From: Dehalococcoidia bacterium
GTDB taxonomy: Bacteria > Chloroflexota > Dehalococcoidia > UBA2979
NCBI GenBank assembly: GCA_965262725.1
Contig: OZ253555.1
Coordinates: 384,001 to 448,000 of the forward strand
DNA: 64,000 nucleotides
Direction: 5' to 3'
Made by a program: the position numbers and the translations under genes. This document shows, piece after piece, positions 40,536 to 50,853 of this stretch. The notes below the pieces were generated by a model that worked only from the letters and a program-made list of their open reading frames with translations, was not told the origin of the DNA and did no database searches. Position 1 is the first letter of the stretch, and every line of letters begins with the position of its first letter.

Positions 40536-40871
40536 CTCCGACGCGGACACCGCCTGCTCGCCCGGTACGGCGCTCACCATGACAGCCGAGCGGGAAGCAC
40601 GCCCCGGGCCATCGGGGGCGATCGTCTCCTGCGAGCGCCGGGACGGGGCGGCGCCTCTGGCGCTGGTCCGGTGCCCGCCCGGACGGCGGTCGTGCCAGCC
40701 GTCCGTCGCCGGTTCGGCGGCGCGCCGCCGGGCCCCGCCCGGGCGCCCGGAGCGCGCAGGGGCGAATCCCCGGCGCAGACGTGTCCCGGCTCCTGCGGCC
40801 CTGCCTGTGCCGGCACACAGCGCCGGCGATTCACGACACAACTCGTCGCGATCGACGTGGAAGGGGACCGG

Positions 40872-41345
40872 ATGCGCAGGCGGGACTACGGCAGCGGGGG
40901 CCTGAGAAAGCGGGGGAATAGCTGGCAGGCCACGCTCTGGTTACCCCGAGACCCCGATACGCAGAGGCGCACGCGCACGACGTTCACCGCAGCCACCAGG
41001 AAGGAGGCATGGGAACGGCGAAGCGGATACCAGCGTCGGCTCGAGCATGGCCTCGATGTGGTGGGTGCCGGGTCACCGCTCGGCGAGTACTCTCGACGCT
41101 GGCTTCGTGAACACGCGTCGCGATCGGTTTCAGCACGGACCCTCGCGGGCTACGAGCAGACGGGACGTCTCTTCGTCGCCTCGATCGGCTCGGTGCGGCT
41201 CCCGGACCTCCGCACGCCACACATCGAGAAGGCCCTCGCTGCATACCTGCGGTCGGGGGCAAGCAATCGCACGGCCGCGAAACACCTGGCCATACTCAGA
41301 GCCGCGCTTGCCCGGGCTGTCGTGCCGGAGCTGATTCCGCACAAC
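40872..41345 (+). pseudogene. Tyrosine integrase N-terminal (arm and core-binding) remnant
   Basis: RRDYGSGGLRKRGNSW..TRKEA..RWL..RTLAGYE..LRAALARAV..LIPHN; catalytic domain absent. Confidence 0.8.
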
Positions 41346-41530
41346 CGCCAGACCGCGGACTCCCCGCTGCTGCGGAGCTCGGCGCACACCTGTACTCGCC
41401 GTGCGGCGGGCGGAGCGGGGGCTTTGCGTCACTCACCCTGCTCCGGGCCCTCCGTTCTCCGCAGCCTGCCGGGCCGCTACCCCCGCCTGCCTGCCGGCCG
41501 GCGTGGTGACAGTGTGATCGTGCGGGTCCG

Positions 41531-42544
41531 CTAGCGCTCCGCGTCCTCCGTGGGCGGTGCCCACCGGACCGCGCGCAGCGGTTCCGCGGCGGTGTCGTGG
41601 CGCAGGGAATGCCCGGAGAAGCGCCCCTCGATCCCGGCGGCCTTCACGCGGCGTCGGACGATGTCGCTGACGGTGTTCCCGCTCAGCGGCTGACCGCTCC
41701 GCGGGGCGGGCACCGCGCGGAAGACATGCTGCCCGGGATCGCGCTCTGCGTCCGGGAGGAGGGCGGCGAGCGCCTGGCGCGCGCGCTCGCTGACCAGCCA
41801 GAGGTCGACCGTGACGCTCCCGCGGATCTGGGTGTGGCGCACCGCGATCGCCACGCCGCCGGCCGCGACGTCCCTCCACCGCAGCGCCGCGGCTTCGAAC
41901 GGCCGCAGCCGGCAGTCGCGCATCACCAGCAGCAGCGCGCGGTCGCGCCGGCCGATCGCCGTGTCGGGGATCGCCTGAAGCACCTGGTCGAGTCCGGCGG
42001 CCGTGAGCGGGTCGCCGCGCCGCGCCGCGCCGCGCCGCCGGCTCCGCTGCTCGCTGACCAGGCGGAGCACGCTCCCCGCCCGCGTCGGATCGGGGAGTCC
42101 GGCGTCGCGGTGCTGCGCGGAGATCGCGCCGGCGTCGACGTTGACGGTCGAGGGCGTGCGGCCCTGCGCGAGGCGCTCGACCAGGTAGGTGCCGACGTCC
42201 TCGGAGGTGGCCGGCAGCGCCTCAGCTCCCCGCTCCTCGCACCAGGCCCGGAAGCGGCGCCAGGCGGAGCCGTAGGCCTTCCACGTGGCCGGCGTGCGCG
42301 CCTCGGCCGCGGTCGCGGTGCCGCGGCCCGCACACTGGTTGCACACGCGGGCGTCGTCCGGCCGGAGGAGCACGGCGAGACGGAGCGCCTCCGCTTCGCT
42401 CGCGTACGGGCCATGCCAGCGGTTGCCGGGACGACGGCTGTGGCCGCGACCGTTGTTGCAGTGCCGGCAGCTCGCCCTGTGGACGCGCGCGTGCGTGGCG
42501 GTATCGTCCTCGTGGACCCACCAGGTCTCGCCCGCCTCGCTCAT
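41531..42544 (-). pseudogene. Cre-like tyrosine recombinase fused to an N-terminal Cys/His domain, C-terminally truncated
   Basis: TWKAYGSAWRRFRAWC..RDRALLL..LRPFE..FSGHSLR; ends without the catalytic Tyr region. Confidence 0.8.
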
Positions 42545-43190
42545 CGGGTCTCCGGGGAGGGTGCCGCCCGGGGCCCGGCTCCGCGGCCGGATCCCGCACG
42601 CCGCGCCGCCATCGGGGCCACGCACGACCGGGCGACGGGACGCTCGCGGACTGCTGGACGGGCAGCCCGACGCGAGCGGCACGGCGCCGGAGCCGCTCCC
42701 GGGCCTGTTGCCCGGCGAGCCCGCCCACCCCCGCCGTCCTCCGCCGCCGGGTCGCCCCCGGGGATCGCGGCCGCTTCCTCTCCCTCCCGGGGGCCTCGAC
42801 GAGTCGAGGGCCACGGCACCGGGCTCGCGGCCGGGCCGCGCCGGGCGGCCGTGACGGGGCCGTCGCTCGACCGGCCCTCCGCCGGCGCGGGCGCGAAGCC
42901 GTCGGCCCCGGCCGCCTGCGGAACCGGCGGCAGGCACGCCGGGCGCGCAGTGCCCGTTCGCCGGCGAGTCGGCGTCGTCACCCCCGCGCCGAGCGGCGCC
43001 GCCGGCCTCCCACCGTGAGCTCGCGGCATGCCATTCACTCCCGCAGCTCCACGCGACGGCGGCGCCGCCGTCGATGCTGTAACGAAGGTTGTCCCAATCG
43101 TCGAGGCCGACCACCCATACTACGGGGAAGCTCTCGGCGAGAATGCCGCCCGAGCCTGCCGCGAAGCAGTCCGCGCTCGCACCACAGCCC

Positions 43191-43274
43191 GGCACCGCCC
43201 CCGCGATCGGCATTCCCGGGCTCCCGAGCCCCTCCGACCTGCTGAGCGGACTCGACCCGCGCGAGTGGGCGGCC
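43191..43274 (+). repeat. 84-bp copy of 63057-63140 (TrbL-like gene 5' region)
   Basis: One mismatch seen by eye. Confidence 0.9.
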
Positions 43275-43284
43275 CCCGATCGCA

Positions 43285-43400
43285 CGCAGGTCGGCCTTGC
43301 CGGCCTTCAACTCGATGACCACCGTGGTCCCGTCGGGATCCTCCGCGGTGATGTCGATCTGGCTGGCGTCGACGGTCTTCTCGGTACCGCCGTCCACGAG
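43285..43400 (-). pseudogene. NucS-like PD-(D/E)XK nuclease fragment
   Basis: E..V..QIDITAEDPDGTTVVIELKAG. Confidence 0.55.
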
Positions 43401-43483
43401 GGCCGGAGCGACCGGCCGAGCTACGGTCGCCGTGGCCCTGGTCGCGTAGGGCATCGTGCCGATGCTCTACCTCTGACCATCCG

Positions 43484-44263
43484 TCAGGATCGCGGCCGTC
43501 CGTCGAGCAGCGGCGCGACCAGCGCCCGCAGCACCTCCGAGGGTTCGCGCCCGCGCGCCTCCGCGAGGTGCCGCTCGAGGGAGTGGTAGACGTGCAGCGC
43601 CTGGTCGTCGTTCCCGTCGGCGAGGTGGATCCCGATCAGCACGCCGGCGGCGCTCTGGTGCAGCGGCGCGCTGTCCCATGTCCGCTGGGCGACGAGCAGC
43701 GCCTGGTCCACATCGCCGCGCGAGGCGAGCCGGCGCGCGTATCCGTCCAGGGCGCGCAGGAACCGGTCCCTGAACCCCGTGCGGGCGCGCTCGGCCCACT
43801 CGTCGTCCCAGCCGGCCAGCGGCTCCAGCATGAGGATCTCGTGGCGACCGTCCCCGGGCAGGGGCTGCGAGCGATCCGCGATGCGGGCCGCCAGCGCCTC
43901 CGCCTCCCACACGTCGACCGTCACGCGGGGGTGGAGGCGCAGCGTGTCGCCGTCCGTCTCGAGCAGGGGCAGGCGGGTCGCCCGCAGCCGTGTGAGCGTC
44001 TGGCGCAGGCTTGACCGGGCGCTCGCGGTCTCCAGGTGGGGGGTGAGCCGTCGGGCGACGGTCCTTCTGGGCAGGCCGCGCGGGTTGAGGGCCAGCAGGG
44101 CGACGAGGCGCCGGACGCTCTTCGGCAGCGTGCGCGGGGTGCCGTCCGCGGTGAGAGCGAACCCACCCAGCAGGGAGACGCGGACGTCCCGGGGCGCGGG
44201 GGTGCTCTCGCCGGTCCGCCGGACCCGCCGGCGCGTTCTGCCGACAGGAGCATCCGCTCGCAT
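43484..44263 (-). CDS. SARP-family regulator divergent from the tad operon
   Basis: GAGGAGG RBS; VRVSLLGGF..RLVALLAL..GWDDEW..PLHQ..GREPS. Confidence 0.85.
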   Translation of the reverse strand: MRADAPVGRTRRRVRRTGESTPAPRDVRVSLLGGFALTADGTPRTLPKSVRRLVALLALNPRGLPRRTVARRLTPHLETASARSSLRQTLTRLRATRLPLLETDGDTLRLHPRVTVDVWEAEALAARIADRSQPLPGDGRHEILMLEPLAGWDDEWAERARTGFRDRFLRALDGYARRLASRGDVDQALLVAQRTWDSAPLHQSAAGVLIGIHLADGNDDQALHVYHSLERHLAEARGREPSEVLRALVAPLLDGRPRS

Positions 44264-44616
44264 CACATTCCTCCGTTCCTCCTCTCCCGCAGCGATCCAC
44301 CGGTTCCGGACGACCGGATCGTGCACGGCGCCGGGACGCACCGTTCCAATTCGCGCGACAAAAAGACGTTCCGCGTGTCCGGCCTGTGGTGAACCGACTG
44401 TGAACCTGTGGCGAGGGCTCCGTGCACCCGCCGTGACCCCTGGGCCACGCGCGGCGGCGGCGCCGGCGCGCACGAAATCAGCCGCGGCGCGCGATTCTGT
44501 CGCGGGATTTGGAACGGTGCGCCTCGTAGGGTGTTGCCCGTTTCGCCGAGAGCCGGCGCCCAGGTCGAGTGGCTTCGGAGCGGCGCCGGGTCGGCGAGAC
44601 GGGCGGGGGCGGGGCG

Positions 44617-45339
44617 ATGGCGGCCGAGAGCGCGGAGCAACGCGGACGAGCGGTGGCGCTGCCCCGCGTCGACATGCGACTCCTGGCCGGCCTCGCCCTC
44701 GTCGCCGTCTCGGTGGTGGGCGGCCTGACGCTGTGGAGCGCGGCGCGGACCACGACCCCGGTGGTGGTCGCCGCCCGCGACATCGGCTCCGGCGCCGTCA
44801 TCGAACCCGACGACCTGGCGCTGGCCGAGGCGCGGCTCGAGGACCCGCTCGCCGCGCTCGCCCTTCCCGAGGCGGAGCTCGCTGCCGCCGTCGGCCGCAC
44901 CGCGACCGGCACGATCCATGCCGGCGAGCTCGTGGTGCGTCCCGACCTGGGGAGCGGCCCGGTGATCGGTCCGGGCGAGCTCGCCGTGACGATCCCGGTC
45001 GAAGACGACGCCGTCTTCGGGCGGCTGCGCCGCGGCGCCGTGGTGACGGTGATGGCGACGAGCGACGCGGGCCAGCCGGAGAGCCGGACGGTGGCGCTCC
45101 TGGAGCGGGCGGTGGTCTACGCGGTGGCGCTGGAGTCGACGCGGGTCTCCCTCGGCGGGTCGGGCGACGCCTCGCAGGACGGCCGCCCCGCCAACGTGAC
45201 GCTGGTGATCCCCAGGGAGCGGGCGGAGGCGGTCGCGCACGCCCTGGTCAACGCCGAGCTGACGCTGCTGCTGCTTCAGCCGGAGCCCGGCTCCGGACCC
45301 GCCACCGGGCCCGCAGCAGGTGAGGGAGGCCGTCCGTGA
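44617..45339 (+). CDS. cpaB: Flp pilus assembly protein CpaB/RcpC (SAF domain)
   Basis: TM helix, VVVAARDI..G..I..DDL, VTL.IP. Confidence 0.85.
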   Translation: MAAESAEQRGRAVALPRVDMRLLAGLALVAVSVVGGLTLWSAARTTTPVVVAARDIGSGAVIEPDDLALAEARLEDPLAALALPEAELAAAVGRTATGTIHAGELVVRPDLGSGPVIGPGELAVTIPVEDDAVFGRLRRGAVVTVMATSDAGQPESRTVALLERAVVYAVALESTRVSLGGSGDASQDGRPANVTLVIPRERAEAVAHALVNAELTLLLLQPEPGSGPATGPAAGEGGRP

Positions 45340-46574
45340 CGAGTGAGAGCGACCCGCGGGTGCTGCTCGCGGCCGGAAGCCGCGAGCTGGAGCGGCGGCT
45401 GAGCAGGGAGCTGGCCCAGGCCGGGATCGCCATCGGCGGGCGCTGCCTGGACGGGCCGAGCCTGCTGGAGCGGGCCTCTCAGCCCGGCTTCGATGTCGTG
45501 CTGGCGGCCGCGGAGCTGCACCGGCTCACAGACGGCGTGCTCGCGGCGCTGCGCGAGCGCCGGCTGCCGGTGGTGCTGCTGGCGGCGGATGCCGCCGACG
45601 CGGCGAGGCTCTCCGGGCTGGCGCGCGTGCTGCCCGCCTCCTCGCCCGGCGCGGTCGTCGCGGCAGCCCTGCGGCAGGCCGCAGCGCCCGGCGCGCGGCC
45701 TCCGGGCCCCGTGGACGCCGCCGGCTCAGCCGGCGGCGCGGACGCCCCGCCCGCCGCGCTCCCTCCCGCGGCGGTGCGGGACGTCCCCGGCGCTCACGCG
45801 GGAGGAGCAGGCGGCCGCGTGGTGGCCGTGACCAGCGGCAAGGGCGCGCCGGGGAAGACGACGATCGCGATCTCGCTGGCGGCGCTGCTCGGGGAGAGCG
45901 GCACGGACGTCGTGCTGCTGGACGCGGACCTCCGCGGCGGCAACGTCGCCGGGTACCTGGATCTCGACCCCCGGCGCGGGCTGGTGGGACTGGCGGCGGC
46001 GGGCGGGCGGCTCGACCGCGAGCTGCAGGAGGGGCCGGGCTGCTCGGTGCTCGCGGGCGTGGAGCGCCCCGAGCTCGCGGCGGGGCTGGCGGGCGGGGCG
46101 CTGAGCGGCGTGATCTCCGCGCTGCGCGAGCGCTTCGAGACGGTGGTGGTGGACCTCGGCGCGCCGCCTGATGCGGGGCTGCTGCGGGCGGCCGACGACC
46201 TGCTGCTGGTGACGGGCCCCGACCTGGTCTCGATCTGGAACGCGCGCACCGCGCTCCCCGCGATCCGGGAGGACACGGGCTCCGCCCTGCCCCGCGCGGT
46301 CGTGAACCGCCGCGAGGGCCGGGAGCACTACCCCGCCGGCGAGGTCGGGCGGGCGCTCGGCATGGCGGTCCTGGGCGTGGTGCGGGAGGAGCGCGAGAGC
46401 GCGCGCCGGGCGGTGTCGAGGCAGATCCCGCTCTCCGCCGCAGGCGGGAAGGTGACGCTCGACCTCCGCGCGCTCGCAGGGGCACTCGCCCCCGCGGCAC
46501 CGGCAGCGGCGGCGCCCGCCGAGGCGCTCCAGGGCGCCGACTGGCTGACGTTCGGTCTGGCCGAGGGGTACTGA
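45336..46574 (+). CDS. cpaE: CpaE/TadZ-like receiver-MinD ATPase
   Basis: SGKGAPGKTT, LLDAD, VVVDLG, VVNR. Confidence 0.8.
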   Translation: MTSESDPRVLLAAGSRELERRLSRELAQAGIAIGGRCLDGPSLLERASQPGFDVVLAAAELHRLTDGVLAALRERRLPVVLLAADAADAARLSGLARVLPASSPGAVVAAALRQAAAPGARPPGPVDAAGSAGGADAPPAALPPAAVRDVPGAHAGGAGGRVVAVTSGKGAPGKTTIAISLAALLGESGTDVVLLDADLRGGNVAGYLDLDPRRGLVGLAAAGGRLDRELQEGPGCSVLAGVERPELAAGLAGGALSGVISALRERFETVVVDLGAPPDAGLLRAADDLLLVTGPDLVSIWNARTALPAIREDTGSALPRAVVNRREGREHYPAGEVGRALGMAVLGVVREERESARRAVSRQIPLSAAGGKVTLDLRALAGALAPAAPAAAAPAEALQGADWLTFGLAEGY

Positions 46575-46575
46575 G

Positions 46576-47847
46576 ATGGTGGCGCCGGCCGCCTCGGGCG
46601 AGCGCGAGCGCGCGATCCGGAGCGAGGTGCGCGACGAGCTCCGGACGCTGCTCGACGCCGAGGCGCTGCTTCAGCCGGGGCCGGCGGAGCACGAGCAGGT
46701 GGAGCGGCTCGTCTCGGAGCGCATCGCGGCCTGGAGCCGGCGCTCGGCGACGCTCGGCGAGCCGGCGCTCATCGAGCCGGAGCGGCTCGCGCGCCGCATC
46801 CTCGACGACCTGCTCGGACTCGGGCCGCTGCAGCCCCTGCTGGACGACCCCGAGGTCGAGGAGATCATCGTCAACGGCCCGCAGCGCATCTTCGCGATCG
46901 CAGGCGGCAGCAAGCGGCTGACCGACGTGGTGTTCGAGGACGACGAGCAGCTGCTGGCGCTGCTGCGCCGCGCGCTCGGTCCGCTGGGGCGCCGTCTCGA
47001 CGAGACCTCCCCGATGGTCGACGCCCGCCTCGCCGACGGCTCGCGGCTCAACGCCGTGATGCCGCCGCTCGCCTCCGGCGGCACGCACGCCACGATCCGC
47101 AAGTTCCTGCTGCGGGCGCGCACGCTCGAGGACCTCGTCTCACTCGAGGCGCTCACGCCCGAGGCCGCCGCGTTCCTGGAGGCGGCGGTGCGCTCGGGCC
47201 TGAACATGCTGATCGCCGGGGGCACCGGCTCGGGCAAGACGACCTGCCTGAACGCGCTCGGGTCGTCGGTCTCGGGGCTGACGGAGCGGGTCGTCACCAT
47301 CGAGGAGACGGCGGAGCTCCAGCTCGAGCCGGTGCTGCCGGACTGCGTGGCGCTGCAGGCGCGCCAGCCCAACGCCGAGGGCGCCGGCGGCGTCCCGATC
47401 CGCGCGCTGGTCAAGAACGCGCTGCGCATGCGGCCGACGCGGATCGTGGTGGGCGAGGTCCGCGGCGCCGAGGCGCTGGACATGCTGACCGCCATGAACT
47501 CGGGCCACGACGGCTCGATGTGCACCATCCACGCCAACGGTCCGCGGGAGGCGCTGACCAAGCTCCGCACCTACGCGCTGATGGCGGAGGAGGCGCTCCC
47601 GGCGCAGGCCGTCACCGAGATGATCGCCGAGGCCATACAGCTCGTCGTGCACCTGCGCATGGACCCCTCGGGCCGGCGCCTCGTCTCGAGCATCTACGAG
47701 GTCACGGGCCTGGAGGGCGACCAGGTCGCCGGGAGCGAGCTCTTCGCGCGCGGGGCCGGCCGGCTCGCGTGGACCGGCATCCGCCCCCGGCGGGCGGCGC
47801 GGATGCTTGAGGCCGGCTACCCCGGACCCGGCGCGAGCGGTTCGTGA
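46576..47847 (+). CDS. tadA: Flp pilus ATPase CpaF/TadA
   Basis: GGTGSGKTT, TIEETAEL, LRMRPTRIVVGEVRG, GHDGS..TIHAN. Confidence 0.95.
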   Translation: MVAPAASGERERAIRSEVRDELRTLLDAEALLQPGPAEHEQVERLVSERIAAWSRRSATLGEPALIEPERLARRILDDLLGLGPLQPLLDDPEVEEIIVNGPQRIFAIAGGSKRLTDVVFEDDEQLLALLRRALGPLGRRLDETSPMVDARLADGSRLNAVMPPLASGGTHATIRKFLLRARTLEDLVSLEALTPEAAAFLEAAVRSGLNMLIAGGTGSGKTTCLNALGSSVSGLTERVVTIEETAELQLEPVLPDCVALQARQPNAEGAGGVPIRALVKNALRMRPTRIVVGEVRGAEALDMLTAMNSGHDGSMCTIHANGPREALTKLRTYALMAEEALPAQAVTEMIAEAIQLVVHLRMDPSGRRLVSSIYEVTGLEGDQVAGSELFARGAGRLAWTGIRPRRAARMLEAGYPGPGASGS

Positions 47848-47977
47848 TGCGCATTCCCTCTGGTGTCGGCCCGGGCGCACGGCTGTGCCGGCCGCGGCCC
47901 GTTCGGACCACGCACGGGCCGTTGGCCGTCCGTCGCCGAGGGGGTGCTCACCACGTTCCGGGTGAGAGGAGCCTCCC

Positions 47978-48856
47978 GTGCACGTCGTGCTGAGCCTCGC
48001 CTTCGGGCTCGGCCTCTACCTCATATTCCGCTGGCTCGCCGGCGGGCAGCCCGAGGTGCGCCCCGACGAGGACCCGAACGAGCGGCCCGCGGGGCGCGTC
48101 GGCTGGATCGCGCGGCGCCTCGCCTCGCCCGGCGCGGACGGGGTGGGCCTCCGCGAGCTGGCGCCGGCGAGCGCGGCCGCGGGTGCGGCGAGCGCGCTCC
48201 TCTCCCAGCTCTTCTTCGGCTGGCCGGTGGTGACGCTCGCGGCCGCGGGCGCCGGGCTGCTGCTCCCCACCTGGTACTACCGGCAGCGCGCCCAGAGGCG
48301 CCGCGGCGAGATCGAGGAGGCGGTCGGCGAGGCGGTCGAGACGCTGCGCGACGCCGTGCGCATCGGGCTCGGCGTCGAGGAGGCGCTGCGCGCGCTCGCC
48401 GTGACCGGTCCCGCCGCGCTGCGGCCGGTCTTCAGCCAGGTGGAGCGCGACCTCCGGCTGGCCGGCTTCGAGGAGGCGCTGGACCGGGCGCGCGAGCGGC
48501 TTCAGGAGCCGCTCTTCGACACGCTGGCGGTGGCGCTCCTGACCGCCTACCGCATCGGCGGCCGCAACCTCGCGGCGGTGCTCGACGGGCTCAGCCACTC
48601 GGTGCGCGGCAGCGTGCAGGTGCGCCGCGAGGTGCGGGCCAACCAGGCCCAGAACGTGCTGTCGGCGCGGGTGATCGCGGCGCTGCCGCTGCTCTTGATC
48701 CTGGTCATCCGCGGCTCCAACCCGAACTACCTGGCCGCCTTCTCGCAGCCCGTGGGGCAGGCGGTGCTCGCCTGCTGCCTGCTCAGCATCACCGTCGGCT
48801 ACACGGTGATGCTCCGGCAGGCGGCGCTGCCGGGCCAGGAGCGGGTGCTGAGGTGA
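47978..48856 (+). CDS. tadB: TadB (T2SSF domain)
   Basis: TM helices, GGRNLAAVLDGL; operon position. Confidence 0.88.
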   Translation: MHVVLSLAFGLGLYLIFRWLAGGQPEVRPDEDPNERPAGRVGWIARRLASPGADGVGLRELAPASAAAGAASALLSQLFFGWPVVTLAAAGAGLLLPTWYYRQRAQRRRGEIEEAVGEAVETLRDAVRIGLGVEEALRALAVTGPAALRPVFSQVERDLRLAGFEEALDRARERLQEPLFDTLAVALLTAYRIGGRNLAAVLDGLSHSVRGSVQVRREVRANQAQNVLSARVIAALPLLLILVIRGSNPNYLAAFSQPVGQAVLACCLLSITVGYTVMLRQAALPGQERVLR

Positions 48857-49797
48857 CGGCCGCGCTCGCCCTCAGCTGCGCGCTCGGCGCCGGGCTCTGG
48901 CTGATGCTGATGGGGCAGCCCGTGGGGCGGCCTCGCCCCGAGCTCGGGGCGAGGCTCCGGCGGCTCTCGGTGCAGGAGCGGATGGCCCAGGAGGAGCGCG
49001 CCGGCGCTCCCGGCGCGCCGATGTTCCGCTGGGCGCTGCTGGAGCGGCTGCTGCGCCCGCTGCTGGAGGACGCCGGCGGCGCGGCCTCGGGGCTGCTCAG
49101 GCGCCTCGGCCTCGAGGCCGGGGACCTCGACTCACGGCTCGCGCTCGGCTGGCCGGGGATGAGCGCTCCGCAGTTCCGCGGGCAGCAGCTCGCAACCGGC
49201 GCCGTCGCCGCGCTCGTCCTCCCCGCCATGAACGTCCTGGGCGTGCACCCCTTCGGGGCGTGGCCGGTGTGGCTGTGGGTGGGGGCGTTCGCAGCCGGCT
49301 TCGCCGCCCCGAGCTGGCAGCTCGCGGGCCGGCTCACGAAGCGGCGCCGCGCGATCCACGCCGAGCTGCCGGTGGCGCTCGACCTCTTCGTGATCGCGGC
49401 GTCGGCCGGGCTCTCCCCGGAGCAGGCGCTGGTCGAGGCCGGCCGTCAGCTGGACGGCGTGCTGGGCGGGGCGCTGCGCGAGGTGGTGCGCGAGGCCGGG
49501 CTCGGCACGGTCGAGGGTGCCGAGGGGCTGCAGCTACTCGCCGACCGCGAGGGCATCGCCGAGCTGCGCTCGCTCGCCGGCGCGTGGCAGCTCTCGCACA
49601 CGCAGGGCCTGCCGCTGGCGCCGGCGATCCTCTCGCTCGCGGAGACCGTGCGCGACCGCAGAAGGGCGCAGCTCCTGGAGGAGGGCGGCAAGGCGGCCGT
49701 CCGGATGCTGTTCCCGGTCACGATTTTCATCTTCCCGGTGTTCCTGGTCGTCCTGCTCTACCCCGCCGGGGTGGAGCTGCTCGGCCTGGGCAAGTGA
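48853..49797 (+). CDS. tadC: TadC (T2SSF domain)
   Basis: ELPVALDL..AGLSPEQAL..MLFPV..P. Confidence 0.88.
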   Translation: MTAALALSCALGAGLWLMLMGQPVGRPRPELGARLRRLSVQERMAQEERAGAPGAPMFRWALLERLLRPLLEDAGGAASGLLRRLGLEAGDLDSRLALGWPGMSAPQFRGQQLATGAVAALVLPAMNVLGVHPFGAWPVWLWVGAFAAGFAAPSWQLAGRLTKRRRAIHAELPVALDLFVIAASAGLSPEQALVEAGRQLDGVLGGALREVVREAGLGTVEGAEGLQLLADREGIAELRSLAGAWQLSHTQGLPLAPAILSLAETVRDRRRAQLLEEGGKAAVRMLFPVTIFIFPVFLVVLLYPAGVELLGLGK

Positions 49798-49831
49798 GAC
49801 GGCTGGTCATGGACCGGAAGGGGGTGTGGTG

Positions 49832-50014
49832 ATGCTGACGAGGATCCATGGGGTGGTGCGGAGGCTGCACGAGGACGAGCGCGGTGCGGCGATGGTCGAG
49901 TACGCGATCGTCACCGCCGTGATCGCGGTCGTGGCGCTGACCGCGGCGCAGGCGATCGGCACCAGCGTGGTCGGGGTGTTCACCGACATCTCCGCCGCGC
50001 TGGACGGGATCTAG
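49832..50014 (+). CDS. flp: Flp pilin
   Basis: DERG/AAMVEYAIV plus hydrophobic helix, 60 aa. Confidence 0.92.
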   Translation: MLTRIHGVVRRLHEDERGAAMVEYAIVTAVIAVVALTAAQAIGTSVVGVFTDISAALDGI

Positions 50015-50024
50015 GCCGCGCCGC

Positions 50025-50411
50025 GTGCGCGCGGGCGAGTCGGGGCAGAGCACGCTCGAGCTGGCGCTCGTGCTGCCGGCGCTCCTGGTCGTGCTGGTGG
50101 GCGCGGTGCAGTTCGCGCTCATCCAGCACGCCCGGAACGTCGCCGACACCGCGGCCGCGGAGGGCGCGCGGCTCGGCGCCGCGGAGGGTCACACGCTGCT
50201 CGAGGGCGCGGAACGCACGCGGGAGGTGCTCGCGTCCGGGCTCGGTGCGGCCGGTGCGGCCTTCTCCGTCCGGGCGGAGGACCGGGGCGGGACGGTGGTG
50301 ACCGAGGCGAGCGGGCAGTACCGGCTCTTCATCCCGTGGGTGAGCGACCTCGCCGTCGCGATCGAGTCGCGATCCGAGGTCCGCAAGGAGGGACTGCGCA
50401 GTGGTCCGTAG
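50025..50411 (+). CDS. tadE: TadE-like pseudopilin
   Basis: ESG/QSTLELALVLP..AAAEGAR. Confidence 0.88.
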   Translation: MRAGESGQSTLELALVLPALLVVLVGAVQFALIQHARNVADTAAAEGARLGAAEGHTLLEGAERTREVLASGLGAAGAAFSVRAEDRGGTVVTEASGQYRLFIPWVSDLAVAIESRSEVRKEGLRSGP

Positions 50412-50853
50412 AGCGTTTCGGGCGCTGCTCCGGCCGGCCGCCGGCGAATCCGGCGGCGTGCTCATCGAGGCCGCGCTGGTGGTCCCGGTGGTCCTGCTGG
50501 TGGCCTTCGGCGTCCTGATGGCGGGGCGCATCGTCCACGCGCAGATCGGCGTGGCGGCCGTGGCGCGCGAGGCGGGGCGCACGCTCGCCCAGGCGCCGTC
50601 CGCTCAGGACGGGCTCGCCAGCGCCCGCTCGCGCGCGCTGGCCGTGGCGGACGGGCACGGGCTTCAGGCGGCGGAGCTCGACCTCGTGCTGGAGGCGGGG
50701 ACGTTCCGCCGCGGCGGCACGGTGCGCGCCATCGCCTCCTACCGCGTCGCGCTCGGCGACCTGCCGATGCTCGGCCGGCTCGGGGTGACGGTCCGGAGTG
50801 CGCACGCGGAGCGCGTCGAACTCTACCGCAGCCGGGCGGCGGTGCGACCGTGA
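50401..50853 (+). CDS. tadE: TadE-like pseudopilin
   Basis: ESG/GVLIEAALVVP..VAREAGR. Confidence 0.85.
   Translation: MVRRAFRALLRPAAGESGGVLIEAALVVPVVLLVAFGVLMAGRIVHAQIGVAAVAREAGRTLAQAPSAQDGLASARSRALAVADGHGLQAAELDLVLEAGTFRRGGTVRAIASYRVALGDLPMLGRLGVTVRSAHAERVELYRSRAAVRP

Noticed and set aside
40872-42544. Functional integrase and att site of the element
   Set aside because: Both tyrosine recombinases are truncated, and no tRNA gene or flanking att repeat was seen.
42545-43285. N-terminal extension of the 584-aa recombinase ORF
   Set aside because: Low-complexity read-through across unrelated shards; the plausible start is ATG 42544.
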